A stretch of 63,428 bases of DNA, counting the filler, from Circinaria calcarea (lineage: Eukaryota), in assembly GCA_051942165.1 (NCBI GenBank). It is 22 parts of 22 records of this genome, joined end to end, with 100 filler letters (N's around TTAATTAATTAA, not from the genome) between each part and the next. Parts side by side here need not be neighbours in the genome. Positions count along the whole stretch, not along the records: positions 1 to 2,802 come from JAVECS010003244.1; positions 2,903 to 5,704 come from JAVECS010003245.1; positions 5,805 to 8,601 come from JAVECS010003246.1; positions 8,702 to 11,497 come from JAVECS010003247.1; positions 11,598 to 14,393 come from JAVECS010003248.1; 17 more parts are not named here. The stretch is one strand, 5' to 3'. The notes beneath the pieces were generated by a model. The model saw only the letters and a list, made by a program, of their open reading frames with translations. It did not search any database and was not told the origin of the DNA. How positions within the stretch are numbered: position 1 is the first letter of the stretch; each line of letters opens with the position of its first letter. Both the position numbers and the translations under genes were made by a program. Positions 1-11,612 of this stretch are shown here, one piece after another.

Positions 1-33
1 CCCACACCATCCCTTTCCCTCCAGCCAATGCCT

Positions 34-2179
34 TTAAAAATTCATCAAATCCCTCCCGACCAAAGTCCTCTTGGTCCAATCCATTGCCAACAGCATCCTC
101 GTCCGAAAACTCACACTCTGGGCAAAATACACACTCCGCCAAAGATACACGGCCAACAGGCCGCCGGAGAAGCTGAGGCCGTTAAAGTCAAAAACGGCCG
201 AATTGCCGATATAGGCCAGCGAACCCAGGTGGTGGTACTCAAACGCCTTGTAGACAGCCTCGTCCAGATCGCCGTAGTCGACCTCGTTGGCGCGCATCCC
301 GGGGGCCGCGAGGGCCAACTTGTTGAGCTTGCGTGCGAGATAGTTGCCTTGCTGGTTGGCGCGCTGAGCCGTCGCGGGGAGGGAGGTGAGTTTGGAGTCA
401 ATTTGGAGGAGCAGTTCGCGGAGTTCGTTGAAATCAAGACGGCCACTCTTGTCCTTGTCGTACGTTTCGAAGAGTTTATCGAGGCGACGGAGGTGATCCG
501 ATGCTTGGGGGAAGCGCTCTTTGACGCGCTTGGCGACTCTACGCCATTCACTGAATGTAATCTTCATGGTTTCGGGGTCTCTGCCTTTTTCGAATGCTAG
601 GTTGCGGAGGAAGTGAACGAGGTGGTCGGCGACGTTATTTTGGACGGTGGAGCAGTCGCCGATGGCGTAGACGGTACCGAGGGGTGTTCCGTTGAGACGA
701 AGATGAGTATCTGTTTCCAAAGCATGTCGATTGGTTTGGACATCGATTTTGCCTGCGATGCGCTTGCAGAATTCCGTTTGAGCTAAAGTCCCGGTGAGCT
801 GGGATTCGCGATACTCTAGACAGACTACATACCCACTCCTGTGGACCAAAGGCAGAAACCCATCGGCAACTCCTTGGCCACAGTCTCGCCGTTTTCTCCC
901 TTCTGGGTAAAAAGAATCTTATCTGGCTGGACTTCCTTGACCCGCGAGTTTGTCAACACTTCGACCTGATCATGTGCAAATCGAGCTTCGGCAAACTTTG
1001 ATAGAGCTTCGTCATAGGTATTGAGGATATGTCCCCGACTTTGAATCAAATGTACCGAGACTTCGTTTCTGAGAATCTTTGGGAATGACCGTCCTAGATC
1101 TTCGTTTAACATGTCAAACAACTCGGCGGCAAACTCGACTCCTGTCGGTCCACCCCCACAGACAACAAAAGACAATAACCGCCGCCGTTCGTCATCCAAC
1201 GTTGTAGGGAGGCATGCTTGTTCGAGATTCGTAAGGATTTTATTTCTAATTAGATGAGCATCTTCGATGGACTTGAGGAAGTGACAATGCTCTAGCCCCT
1301 TGACGCCATGAGCGTTTGTAGACGATCCTACTCGATATCAGTAGACTGGCGTAAAATTTGGCTCCAGGGATCCCTACCAACAGCAATCACCAGCTTATCA
1401 TAAGGAAGGTAGAAATTCCTCTTTTCTCCTTTCGAATCCGTTTGCGAGACTTCCAGCAGCTGTTCCGAGAACTCTACATGTTCCGCTTCGGCCTTTAAAA
1501 AATGCCCCCTCACCCTGTGTACAATGCGTCTCACTGGTTCGACCAAGGACCTTAGCTCCAACGTCCCCACTGTCGCCGAGGGTAACATTGGTGTGAACAA
1601 AAAATAATTGACGGGCGATACCACAGTGACGTGATAATCCTCCGGGTTTAACGTTTTCAACAATGCAACACTCCCCCATCCACTTCCTAGTATGACTAGC
1701 TTCGGCTTATCCTTTTGCCTCTGCATCTCCTCGCTATCATCATCGTCCACAAGTACCTCCGCTATTGGTAGATTTTTGGGCCCCCCTCTCCGGGGCTCAA
1801 GGGCCGAGACGGAGACGGGTATGTCGGTGTAGGTAAGGTCCTCGCGGTAGGTTGAGGCATCGTAGACGAAGAAGGCTAGAACAAGGCCACTACTGACGAG
1901 GATGAAACCTCCCGTGTATGCGAGGAAGTGGTAGAAGAAGCGGAAGACTGGCCCTCGTTTGGCGAGGAGAGGTTTTGTGGATATTGGACGTATTGTGAGG
2001 CGCGTACATGTTTCTGGAAATGTCCTACCATTGTTTCTGGATAGTGAAATCGGACGGTTATGTAATTTCCGTGACAGACATCTCGACGTGAGGAATTGTT
2101 GTGATATGCGCGGGCTTGATAGGATCTTCAGAGGAACAGCGCGACGTGCCAGACACTCAATGGGTCTGTTTAGTATCAT
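34..2179 (-). CDS. nde1: Mitochondrial type II (alternative) external NAD(P)H dehydrogenase with EF-hand, three exons
   Basis: Spliced from ORFs 1328-2191, 825-1199 and 34-849. Motifs KPKLVILGSGWG and GGGPTGVEFAAEL, EF-hand loop DKDKSGRLDFNEL, C-terminal YLWRSVYF...GRD. First ATG is at 2179 with an Arg/Ser-rich presequence. Confidence 0.93.
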
Positions 2180-2802
2180 GTTAAGTTTCAACGAGAGGGG
2201 AAACCCATTCGGCGGTTCAATTGAGCTTAATCGCGGTGCATCTTGGTTGGAATTACCGTGTTGATGCCATATCAGATAATGGCATCATAATTCCAGAGGA
2301 GCCGGGATAGGTAAGATGAGCACTACTATGGTAGAAACTCCCACCCAATCAGGTTATTAATTAAAATAAATATTGTCAAAGCGGCTTATTCTTTACGCTA
2401 GGTATTTTTAAATTAATCGTTAACCTTGACTAAATCAATTAACATAGATTATATTTCTCGGTTATCTTTTCTTTTGTTTTTCAAAAAAGGGGTGCCCATC
2501 CATCCTTTCCACCCTCAATCCAACCTCGACAAAATACGCACTCACCGATTTAAATTCCTATAACAACCCCATCCAAAATCTCCCTCCCCTCACCTCCCTC
2601 TTATGTTGGAAGTCACCCTGTAGACCCGATTAGGCTTAGCGGCGTGCTCCTTTCGATAGCATAAAAGGTGAGCAGCGTACACATAAAAATGCAAGCAAAC
2701 CTTCAAATCATGCCAAGCCTTTGTTCAATTCAACACTCTATCCAACAAACTCCAACAATCTCAAACCCATCCACAATCCCCCTGCCCCAAACCCCAATAA
2801 CC

Positions 2803-2902
2803 NNNNNNNNNNNNNNNNNNNNNNNNNNNNNNNNNNNNNNNNNNNNTTAATTAATTAANNNNNNNNNNNNNNNNNNNNNNNNNNNNNNNNNNNNNNNNNN
2901 NN
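2803..2902. other. Artificial contig spacer N44-TTAATTAATTAA-N44 (first of 21)
   Basis: Identical 100-bp spacers start at 2803, 5705, 8602, 11498, 14394, 17289, 20184, 23078, 25971, 28862, 31752, 34638, 37523, 40408, 43292, 46176, 49057, 51937, 54815, 57688 and 60559. The core gives stops in all six frames. Confidence 0.99.
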
Positions 2903-3227
2903 AATTCCCACTGACCTGACGTTAGAGCTGGAAGTAGTTGAACCCGGCGGAACTCATTGATTTCGTTCACTGGCGACCTTGAGCTATCTTCAAGTTGCAT
3001 CAGGTAATACGAAGGGCCAAGCACAAAGATGCGTGTAGAGTTAGGCTTCTTGACGTGGGAAACTATGTATAACCAAGAATAGTGAAGACCACAGCTATTA
3101 CTGTCACAGCTTGTAAGCTAGATTTTGTATGTAATGTAACTGACCTCAAGTGATAAAACAGACCTGCACAGGGATATTGTATGGAAAGAGACAAGGGGAT
3201 CCTGTATCCTAACGTACAGAAATAGGC

Positions 3228-4247
3228 TTACCATTCCTTTCCATGATCGCCAATGCCCTCGTTCTCGACACGACAACTCGGGCAAGAGTCTTGTAAACCG
3301 TAGTGGCGAAATACCATACTCATATCTACTTTCTGACCTGGCTTGAAGATCTTTTCCCATCTACCTGTCACAGGCAATTCGTGCTGTTGGTCATGAAGTT
3401 CAAATTCCAGTCTATCCAGCTTCTTAAGGCCCCGAGCAGAAACACCGTTTTGCTTGAAACGAACTTTAAGCACAGCAACAAAAGCCTCCATCGAGTTAAT
3501 GAACTCTAGATGGAACGGAGCCACTTTTCCGCAAGCATCGAGCAGTACAACAGGCCTTTGCAGCAAAATCTGAGGCGGTATCTGTTTCTCAAGCTTAAGC
3601 TCGTGCTGGAGTTGGAGCATGCCCTGCAGTTGGACGACCTCTCTAGTAAGTTGCTGATTACTGAGCATCAGACGTTGGAATAGATCCTCCTGCCGAATGG
3701 ATGATTCATTTATAATCGCTCTAGTCGAGACCATTCCCGCATGGATAGTCGTCGTCGTTACGTGTGTTGCTTCGAGAATCTGTCGACATGACTCCTGCTC
3801 TTGTCTCAGGTCCAAATTCTGACGAACTTGCAAGGTCGCTAACAGCATATTGATGGAAGAGGAATGCCGCTCCAGGTCTGCCTTGAACATCACAGCATCC
3901 TCCTTCTTACACATCACCCATTGTATTTTGCGAACGTTGGCCTTCCATCCCTGTAGATCTGGCCGAAGCCACGGTTGATATTTGGCAATGCGCTGGACAA
4001 AAGTTTCAATGCAGCGACGACACCGTCCTACGGCTTCCGCTATTGCTGCATGTTGTTTCTGAGCCGTCTGCTCTAACCGAAGCTCATCAATTGCTTCCAA
4101 GCCTGATTGCAGACTCTGTAACTCGGTCGTCAAGGCTTGATAGTGCGCCGAAGCACCCCTGACGTCGTGGACAGCTTCGATGCACGTGGCAATGACTTTG
4201 ATCCCACCAACCAAGTCGCTGATTGAGAAACCGAAAGGCACGGCCAT
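3228..4247 (-). CDS. Fungal STAND N-terminal (HeLo-like/SesA-like) domain protein with C-terminal ubiquitin-like domain
   Basis: N-terminus MAVPFGFSISDL...GASAHYQ...ELQSL...RKIQW. C-terminus PVVLLDACGKVAPFHLEFINSMEAF...WEKIFKPGQKVDMSMVF...CPSC. ATG at 4247. The end may splice further, because the stop overlaps a GTAAGC donor. Confidence 0.75.
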   Translation of the reverse strand: MAVPFGFSISDLVGGIKVIATCIEAVHDVRGASAHYQALTTELQSLQSGLEAIDELRLEQTAQKQHAAIAEAVGRCRRCIETFVQRIAKYQPWLRPDLQGWKANVRKIQWVMCKKEDAVMFKADLERHSSSINMLLATLQVRQNLDLRQEQESCRQILEATHVTTTTIHAGMVSTRAIINESSIRQEDLFQRLMLSNQQLTREVVQLQGMLQLQHELKLEKQIPPQILLQRPVVLLDACGKVAPFHLEFINSMEAFVAVLKVRFKQNGVSARGLKKLDRLEFELHDQQHELPVTGRWEKIFKPGQKVDMSMVFRHYGLQDSCPSCRVENEGIGDHGKEW

Positions 4248-5140
4248 AGCCACCGATCAACTAAGAAATATTAAACGCAAACTATACATACAACATACAA
4301 GCGTTTCCAAATTCCTCCAGAGAAGCACCAAATACTGAGAGCAATAACACAAAACAGGCCACAAAGACAGTCGTAGAGTAAATAGTCAATGCAGGAACGC
4401 GGCACAGCTCAAATCGCATCTCACCCGACCACAACTCTATAAACAGAACTCCGTCCTCTTCGTCACGTCTTGATATCTAATTGCACCAGTACACATAACA
4501 TATTGGTATCCGCTTCCAAACCTCGATATCCCTCTCGACGCAGATGGTCGGGCAGGTCTTGAGAGTTTAACTCTTCTCCCAGCGGTGTGGAATTTATCCC
4601 TTACAGTACCATAAGACTGGCATACAGCCTTTCTTAGTCTACACTCACCAATCGAGGCCCTCGCCAGCTCAAGGATCACGATATGCACATGACCTTACAT
4701 GACCACCCTTAGAATACGTCACGTTGTATCTCATTATCACTGCTTGTGTTGAGAGAAGTACAGACTCAATACAACGTACTCGGCCTCCCTTGAATTAACC
4801 GCACCCGGTAAACTGGACAAAGGCCAGATGCGTTCTACTAACATCTATTCGCACGCTCTCGCTGGCTCCCAGACTGTAGAGAATGCAAGGAGGCAGGTAG
4901 GTAAACACAAACGCCCCGAGTGTATCGTTTTGAAGTCAAACAGTACCAAAAAAAAAGAAAAAAAAAGAGCAAGAGCAAGAACGCCTGTGCAGGTATTAAG
5001 CTTCAACCTTTGCCGCAAGGATACAGTGACTCGTCTGCAAAACTACTTGTCCGATTCATGTCCTTCGCTTCCCTTCTCTTCCTTTCCCTTCACCCCCAGA
5101 CGTCTATCTCTCTCTCGCAGATGGGGAACTCCACCGCACC

Positions 5141-5704
5141 TTACTGGACTTGACTGACAATTTCACTGGCTCTCGACAACGACTCGACCATTTGCTGGCA
5201 CTCTTTCCTCCGCCGGATGGTGTAGTCGCTCTCCTTGAGTAACTCTTCGAATTCGTTGGATCGGTACATGTTCTCGAGTAGTTCGCGTTGCATTTCGTCT
5301 TTCGTGTGCCTAACGATTGCCATTAGCAAGCTATTCCCGCGGAGACAATGTGAATTGAGGGAGCGGCTTACTGTACAAGGGTGAGCATGATGGCTTTGGG
5401 TACCATGTCGATCATTGTTCGTCGAACAATGTTGTAATAGGAGTTGATGAGTAATTCTGGATAATCGTCAGTAATGAGCTCGTCGTTATCTTTCATTGTA
5501 TGGAACAGATTGCACGAACTAATAACCTCGACTTCTTGCGCCTCCTTATCGGTTAGCGTACCGGATGCCTTTAATACTGGTGGGGGCGATTCCATTGCCG
5601 CCATCTTCTTCTTGTTTTTTGGTGCAAAGAAACTCCCAAAAAATCCTGCGTTACTATTGTCTGCTAGCGTATCCATCGATGGACTTGCTGCACGCGGTGG
5701 CATC
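5141..5704 (-). CDS. vps1: Dynamin-like GTPase Vps1, C-terminal GED region (5' truncated, two introns)
   Basis: GFFGSFF...[40 protein letters not shown]...[33 protein letters not shown]. Confidence 0.93.
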
Positions 5705-5824
5705 NNNNNNNNNNNNNNNNNNNNNNNNNNNNNNNNNNNNNNNNNNNNTTAATTAATTAANNNNNNNNNNNNNNNNNNNNNNNNNNNNNNNNNNNNNNNN
5801 NNNNTCCCCGAACGACCACCCCCC

Positions 5825-5869
5825 ATCCCTGGTCCATTATCCCTGGTCCATTATCCCTGGTCCATTATC
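5825..5869 (+). repeat. 14-bp tandem repeat ATCCCTGGTCCATT x3
   Basis: Read directly from the sequence. Confidence 0.9.
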
Positions 5870-6350
5870 TCGCAGAGAGAGGGCTTTTTCTTTGATACAG
5901 GCGAGGTAATCGCTGGCAGGGAAGAAAGAAGAGAGAAAAGAAAGAGAGGGACATAGGAGAGAATACAGCAGACAGTCGACGGCTCGCTCCAATATAAACA
6001 GTTGATACAGCTTCACTAAACACTATTAGAATTGCTATATTCTCTCCTGTCGGATGTAGAGATAGCTGCCAGCATTTTGTCAACCCTTTTAGATTAGCTC
6101 CTCGGGCGCAAGTTATTCCGAGCGCCCACAGGCACACATAAATAGATTCTTCTGCTGCATTACACGCAGCATAGCAGAACACACACGCAGTAGTAATAGC
6201 AGAAGTCATTCCTTCATTCATCGATGCCACATAGTGACGCCGTAGCTTGACACATTTAATCCTGACTTTCAGATTGAAATTAAAAAAGTATTTATTAAAT
6301 TGTAGAGAGGTCTAGAGATCCTTACACGGTCGATTTTTATAAGGATTTTA

Positions 6351-7641
6351 CCGTTGGTGTCAAAAGTCTATGCGTTTTTTGAAAATCCTTTTTTTTTTTT
6401 TTGCGATCTCCGCAAGGATTAGGAGAAGGCGCTAGCTAGAATAGCCGTACCATAGTAACTTACTAGTAAACACTATCTTTGTTTACGCGTATCTCAATCT
6501 TGGTTGGGAAAAATTGAAAATTAAATAATTTTCTATGTAAATGCTGCCTAAACTCACGTAGATTGCTATGATTCTGCTATGCTATTGATATTCTAATTCC
6601 TGCTCCGTAACGTTCCAATACTGAATACCTGCTGCCCGGAATAGTGCTCCCGTATTAGCTCGATTGTTCTGTGCTGCAATTGCGTGGTGTAGAAATTGTA
6701 TGAATCCGCCTTCTTCTGGGCCATAGCTTGCCGCAAGCACCTGATGCCTCTTTATCCATGCCTTCAACACAGCAAACGACGTTTCAATTGGGTTGAAATC
6801 CGGCGAATAAGGCGGTAGCATGGCTAGAGTAACATGGGCCGTATCGCACATATCCTGAAGCCGCTGAGATCGGTGTATTGAGGCATTGTCGACCACTAGT
6901 ACTGAACGAGGTTCTTGTAATCGAGAGTCGCCGCAAAGCGGAAGCACCCTGCGGGCAACAAAGTCATTGAAAATGGGTGTCGTAATAGAGCCTTTGTAGA
7001 TCTCGTGGGCTATATACCCGTCGGTGGTATATGCAGGCAGTATAGACCATCTTTCCGACCGTATATATGGCGTGGTTACCGACGCTCTTACACCAATCGG
7101 AGCCCATCCATACTTTCGATCTGCTGTACGCTCATTGGCTGCGCTCTCGTCCAGGAATACCAGTTGATGTGGAAGCCATTCGGTAAGGCGTACGTTCCAT
7201 TCATTGCGGAGGAATTGGTTTCGTTGTGCTGCTTCGTGGCGGGCCTAAAGAAATAAGAAATTAGCAATTTCTTCACGTAATTCAGGTATAAAGAGAAGCT
7301 TTTTCTATTATACCTTCTTCCATGACCATCTCAGCCTTTGCAACGTACGGCATACAGATTTGACGCTTATATTAATGCGGAACTGGTCCCATATATAGTA
7401 TGCCATTTCATCGAGGTATGCAGTAGGGTGATGGCTGAGAAAATCGAGCAAACTCTATATAACTTATTAAATAAATGACTGTATATTCTCTGTGTATTAA
7501 TTACCTCTTCTATTGATTTAGTAAATAGTCTTGGGCGACCCATTGGAGCGCATTGAGGCGTAACTATACTACCTTAATGAATGTAATTCCGTCGTATTTG
7601 TTGTGCTTGCCGTATAGAAATGGGATTATATTTAGATATAT
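6351..7641 (-). mobile_element. Tc1/IS630-type DNA transposon, 3' half including TIR (6351-6493)
   Basis: TA|CCGTTGGTGTCAAAAGTCTATGCG terminus that matches 59798-59939. Encloses the transposase exons and is cut at 7641 by an LTR. Confidence 0.92.
6582..7641 (-). pseudogene. DD34E transposase, two introns, one premature stop, N-terminus displaced to contig 21
   Basis: Exons 7641-7505, 7454-7314 (PTAYLDEM...VCRTLQRLRWSWKK) and 7244-6582 (LVFLDES...KYGWAPIG...RWSILPAY...DNASIH-LPPYSPDFNPIE, with 34 residues between D and E). GT-AG introns at 7455-7504 and 7245-7313. TAA at 7574-7576. Confidence 0.92.
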
Positions 7642-7746
7642 TGTAATGGCGCCACCGTCCGTGATCAGTAATACACGTACCAAGGGTATTCAGGAGGATG
7701 ATCCGAGTGATCCCTTGTGTAACGTATGGGATCAATGGGAGCACTA
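7642..7746 (+). mobile_element. LTR family A, left part (interrupted)
   Basis: Starts TGTAATGGCGCC, is near-identical to 54517-54621, and ends at CACTA where another TG-start element begins. Confidence 0.88.
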
Positions 7747-8227
7747 TGTAAGGGCGCTGCAATCCTTGGGGCCTATTGAGGAATATGATAAGTCCCGATC
7801 GGTGATAGCACGGTTACATAGGGTGTAGTTGAACTATTGCCCTAGGCTCAATAGTATGGAGTCTATTGAACACGGTCTATAAGCATGCTATTCTAAAGAG
7901 CGGGAATAGCCTGCTATATATATTAGTTGAGCATTACGAGCACCCTGAGCACCCCCGTGCTCCCAGTGCTCCCACTGCTCACCCCCGGAGCGTACTGAGC
8001 ATGGTGAGCATGCTCGTGCTCCCAATGCTCCCAGTGCTCCTTCGCATCCTAATGCGCCCTAGCGCCATTAGGTGCCTAGTATGGCGTAGCGCCATAACAC
8101 CTTGGTTCCCATGCTCCCCATGGTTACACGGAGCAGCATCGTAAGCAACCCGGAGTTCGGTCCCTAGTATCCCCGGGACCTAACTCCTTTTGTCCCTAGT
8201 GCATGCTATGGTGCTGGCGCCATAATA
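7747..8227 (-). mobile_element. LTR family B copy (7747-8099) followed by a second related LTR terminus (to 8227)
   Basis: TGTAAGGGCG...CGCCATAACA termini, internal GAGCA/TGCTC repeats, and GCCTGCTATATATA shared with 60545-60558 (reverse complement). The second end is GGCGCCATAATA. Confidence 0.75.
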
Positions 8228-8601
8228 CATATATTAATAAAAATATATAAAAAAAATTTATACGCGAGTCGTAATTATTAATAGAATATTTTATATTATT
8301 TATTTAGAAAAAAAATAGTACGCTCCGATTATATATTAATTATCGAGATTTAAATAAAATAATTATAAAAAATAATTATTTTTTATTATTAATATCGGAA
8401 TTATAAAATAGGTTCTAGAAAGTAAAATAATTTATTAAATTTAATATACCCGGAGTATATAACCGGATACGAATTAAAAAAGAAAATAAATAAAAAATAA
8501 TATTTCGCACTTAATATAATTATTATAAATATTTAATAATATTTTTCGGATTAATAAATATATCTATAACGTTTCAAGCGTTTATTAATAATATATTAAA
8601 A
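8228..8601. repeat. Extremely AT-rich, RIP-like degraded repeat
   Basis: TpA-rich and almost devoid of CpA/TpG. The surviving G/C are mostly in CG/CCGG. Confidence 0.8.
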
Positions 8602-8702
8602 NNNNNNNNNNNNNNNNNNNNNNNNNNNNNNNNNNNNNNNNNNNNTTAATTAATTAANNNNNNNNNNNNNNNNNNNNNNNNNNNNNNNNNNNNNNNNNNN
8701 NT

Positions 8703-8873
8703 CCGCCTGTCCCAACTATTTCAGCCTTACCAAAGGGGATCGTCAATCCCTTGATGAGAACCGCCGACTTTAATGCACCCACGCATCCCTACCAGAACTA
8801 TTATGTTGCTCCGAATCCCCAACATCATAATAGTCACCATCATAATGGCCATTTTCTTTACTCGACACACTAA
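8703..8873 (+). CDS. Probable 3' end of an unidentified gene
   Basis: Open from the contig edge (PPVPTISALPKG...HHHNGHFLYSTH*) and followed by 3'UTR-like sequence. Confidence 0.45.
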   Translation, partial: PPVPTISALPKGIVNPLMRTADFNAPTHPYQNYYVAPNPQHHNSHHHNGHFLYSTH

Positions 8874-10341
8874 TGTTGATTGTCGTCCCATTGCTCTCTT
8901 GTATTATCTGCGTACACAAAGCTAGGATAACATCTCCTTTTGCGTTTGCTTGTTTTCAAGGGTCATCCCCATGGGTTGACCCGATTGCGATTGTTGATGC
9001 TGAACAATCAATCTGAAGATACCACCTATTGCTGTGTTTTACAGAACACTTTTAACGCGGCGTTGTATTGAAAGGCCGGAGTTGGGTAAGAGCATTAGAC
9101 GTGACACAAATTGGCTGGTTAATGAGCTTATGTATTGCATGGCATGGCATTTCATGGCGTTATCGATGAAGAGCAAAGCTCTTACATGCAGAAAGAATGA
9201 GATCACGGCGGAAAAGCAAAGGAATGATATGGACGGTGGCTCGGCAAATTGCTCGGTAACAGCTGGATAAGTGTATTTGTTCGATTGGAAAGCTCAAACA
9301 TCGCTAGATACACCCCGCAAATGAATCATGTTCACTCAATGGTTAGCTGTCTGATTTGATTTGAATTGCTTACCGCACTCTTACCTGGCTACTCTGTATG
9401 TAGCCTGCTAGTATAACTTGTGATACGTCCTCCCCTAGCGGCCTCTCTGCTCCCTTTTCATGCAGAAGTACCCCTCCGAAGAAGCCCGGTTTGTATTGAA
9501 CTACTATTATTGTCTTTTCGAATCCGGAATGAAAAAAAAAATGGCGTCGCCGCCAACCCCTCCCTCTACCTTTACTGCAGATTTACTCTAGATTTGCCGG
9601 ACGAATTCGAATCATTTTGGTTAATATGGGTGACTGAGCTTCCTTGGCCTCCCTCATCATATTTACTATTTATGTCCCTGATGTCAGCACTAGTTACTGC
9701 TGACTGGGTCCCAGCATCCCACTTAGAGGTGGTGCATGCCGCTGCGGGGGGGGGGGAATAGTGTAAAATATATTCAACCGAAATCATAAACGTAAACCCT
9801 TTTAGGCAATTTGGACGGTCTGAAGAAGGAAAACTCAGGGGGGGATTTTTTAATGTTAATATCAGAATTAAACATAATTCTCGCTGATAAAACAAACCCT
9901 CTTCTGCTTTTTTTTTGGTGTTATATTTGTTTTAGGGCATTTGGGTAGAACTGGAGTTTATAAAAACGAGCCTGTTAAACATTGGATTCAGCATACTATA
10001 GGGGCCGGGTTCGGCATGGCATATAGGGGTTTGGCGCAGCACTACTGGCACTAGTAATAGCGTGTGTTGTAGAGTTTTCCTCTTTAATTTGGTACTCCCC
10101 GAACTATAGAACCTACACACCACAGCAAACACAGTATAGCATAGCCTGTGCACATTCCATACGAAGTATCCCATCCGCTATTCTGTGCCACTGTTGACCT
10201 GGTGATTTAACAGAGCCTATATTTCTAGTTTCTAGTTCAAAGGGATAGCTACCCCTATTACAGTAAGGTATTACCGCCCCGTACTTCTTAAAGCCCCCTT
10301 TCCAAATCCTCTAGCACTTCTTTTTCGGCATCTCTCTTTTG

Positions 10342-11497
10342 TCAATACTCAAACTTCTGCTTGAGAAGCTTCTCGCTCCACTCCCACATCTTACGTGCCT
10401 CACGGTCGCCGAGACCCCATGGGTATATGTCGTCCAGGGGTTTAACGTCGCATTTTTCAAGGTAAGCGCCATTGTGATCTGCCAATATTTGAAATAGTAA
10501 GTATCCTCCATTCTTAGGCTTGCACAGACTCAAGCTGGAGATGCCTTTTGATAAATCCCTCGGGTCACATACCGACAATGCTTGGAGAGAACGCGGCAAA
10601 GACGTGTGTGGCCACTCCTTGATTGGGCGTGAGCCATTCGAAACCGCTCCAGCCAAGTGGGTCACCGATTTGCTTGTCTAATTCATCTGTGTCATAACTC
10701 AGTTAGACGGCCCACTAACGGTTATCTCATGCGTCTGAGCATCGGGTGGCTACTTAGACTTGCGAAATCCTCGTTCGTCAGACCAGTGGGAAGATTGGTG
10801 GCAACGACACCGGGATGCAGAGAGAAGGATAATAGACCCTTGCTGCCGAGCTTGACAGCCAGAGCCTGGGAGAATAGCAAGTTCGCTGTCTTGGTCTGCC
10901 CATAGGCAACCCAAGGGTTGTAGGATTCGCCATCCTGCATAGGCACACATACGTTAGCGGGACACCGAAAGCTTGTATACACAAGTCAAGCATCCTTGCT
11001 TTCCGAGACCACTGACGTACGTGAAAGTTGTAGTCGAAATAGCGAATTGCACCAAGACGGTAACCATCGCTACCGACATTTATGATTCGCGCCCCTGGCC
11101 CTGCGGCAAGCAATTTAGGCATGATGAGGTTGGTGAAAAGGAAAGGCGATATATGGTTTACAGCGAGCTGCTTCTCCAGTCCGTCCTCGGTCTTGGAATA
11201 AGGTACCGCCATGATGCCAGCATTATTGACCAGAACGTCGATATTCTCTCGATAGGCGTTCACCTCAGCGGCCGCCTCACGGACCTGTTTCTGGGAGTCA
11301 AGATCAAGCTTGAGGACGCGGGTGGCCACGCCGGGTGAGGAAGAGACTAATGCTTTAGCGGTCTCCTCTACCTTGGAGGTGTTGCGTCCAGCAAGGATGA
11401 GGAGTTTTGGCTGGGCTTTCGCAATGGCTTCAACAAAGAGGGCACCAAGTCCATTTGGTGACACGCCAGTGGTGAGGATAACCTTACCGCGGATCTG
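10342..11497 (-). CDS. Short-chain dehydrogenase/reductase (retinol-DH/WWOX-like), 5' truncated, multi-exon
   Basis: GKVILTTGVSPNGLG, NNAGIM, INVGS, YGQTK (YxxxK), SLHPGVVATNL, and C-terminal ARKMWEWSEKL. Confidence 0.88.
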
Positions 11498-11612
11498 NNN
11501 NNNNNNNNNNNNNNNNNNNNNNNNNNNNNNNNNNNNNNNNNTTAATTAATTAANNNNNNNNNNNNNNNNNNNNNNNNNNNNNNNNNNNNNNNNNNNNGGT
11601 GGGTTCTCTCTG

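Noticed and set aside
400..480. EF-hand in an NADH dehydrogenase as a novelty
   Set aside because: An established feature of the Neurospora NDE1-type calcium-binding external dehydrogenases.
28..600. 190-aa plus-strand ORF and similar long antisense ORFs elsewhere
   Set aside because: Shadows of GC-rich genes on the opposite strand.
9745..10262. Polypurine tract followed by TGTAA...TTACA as a 3' LTR
   Set aside because: Only a 5-bp terminal match, no second copy in the window, and no recognisable pol remnant upstream.
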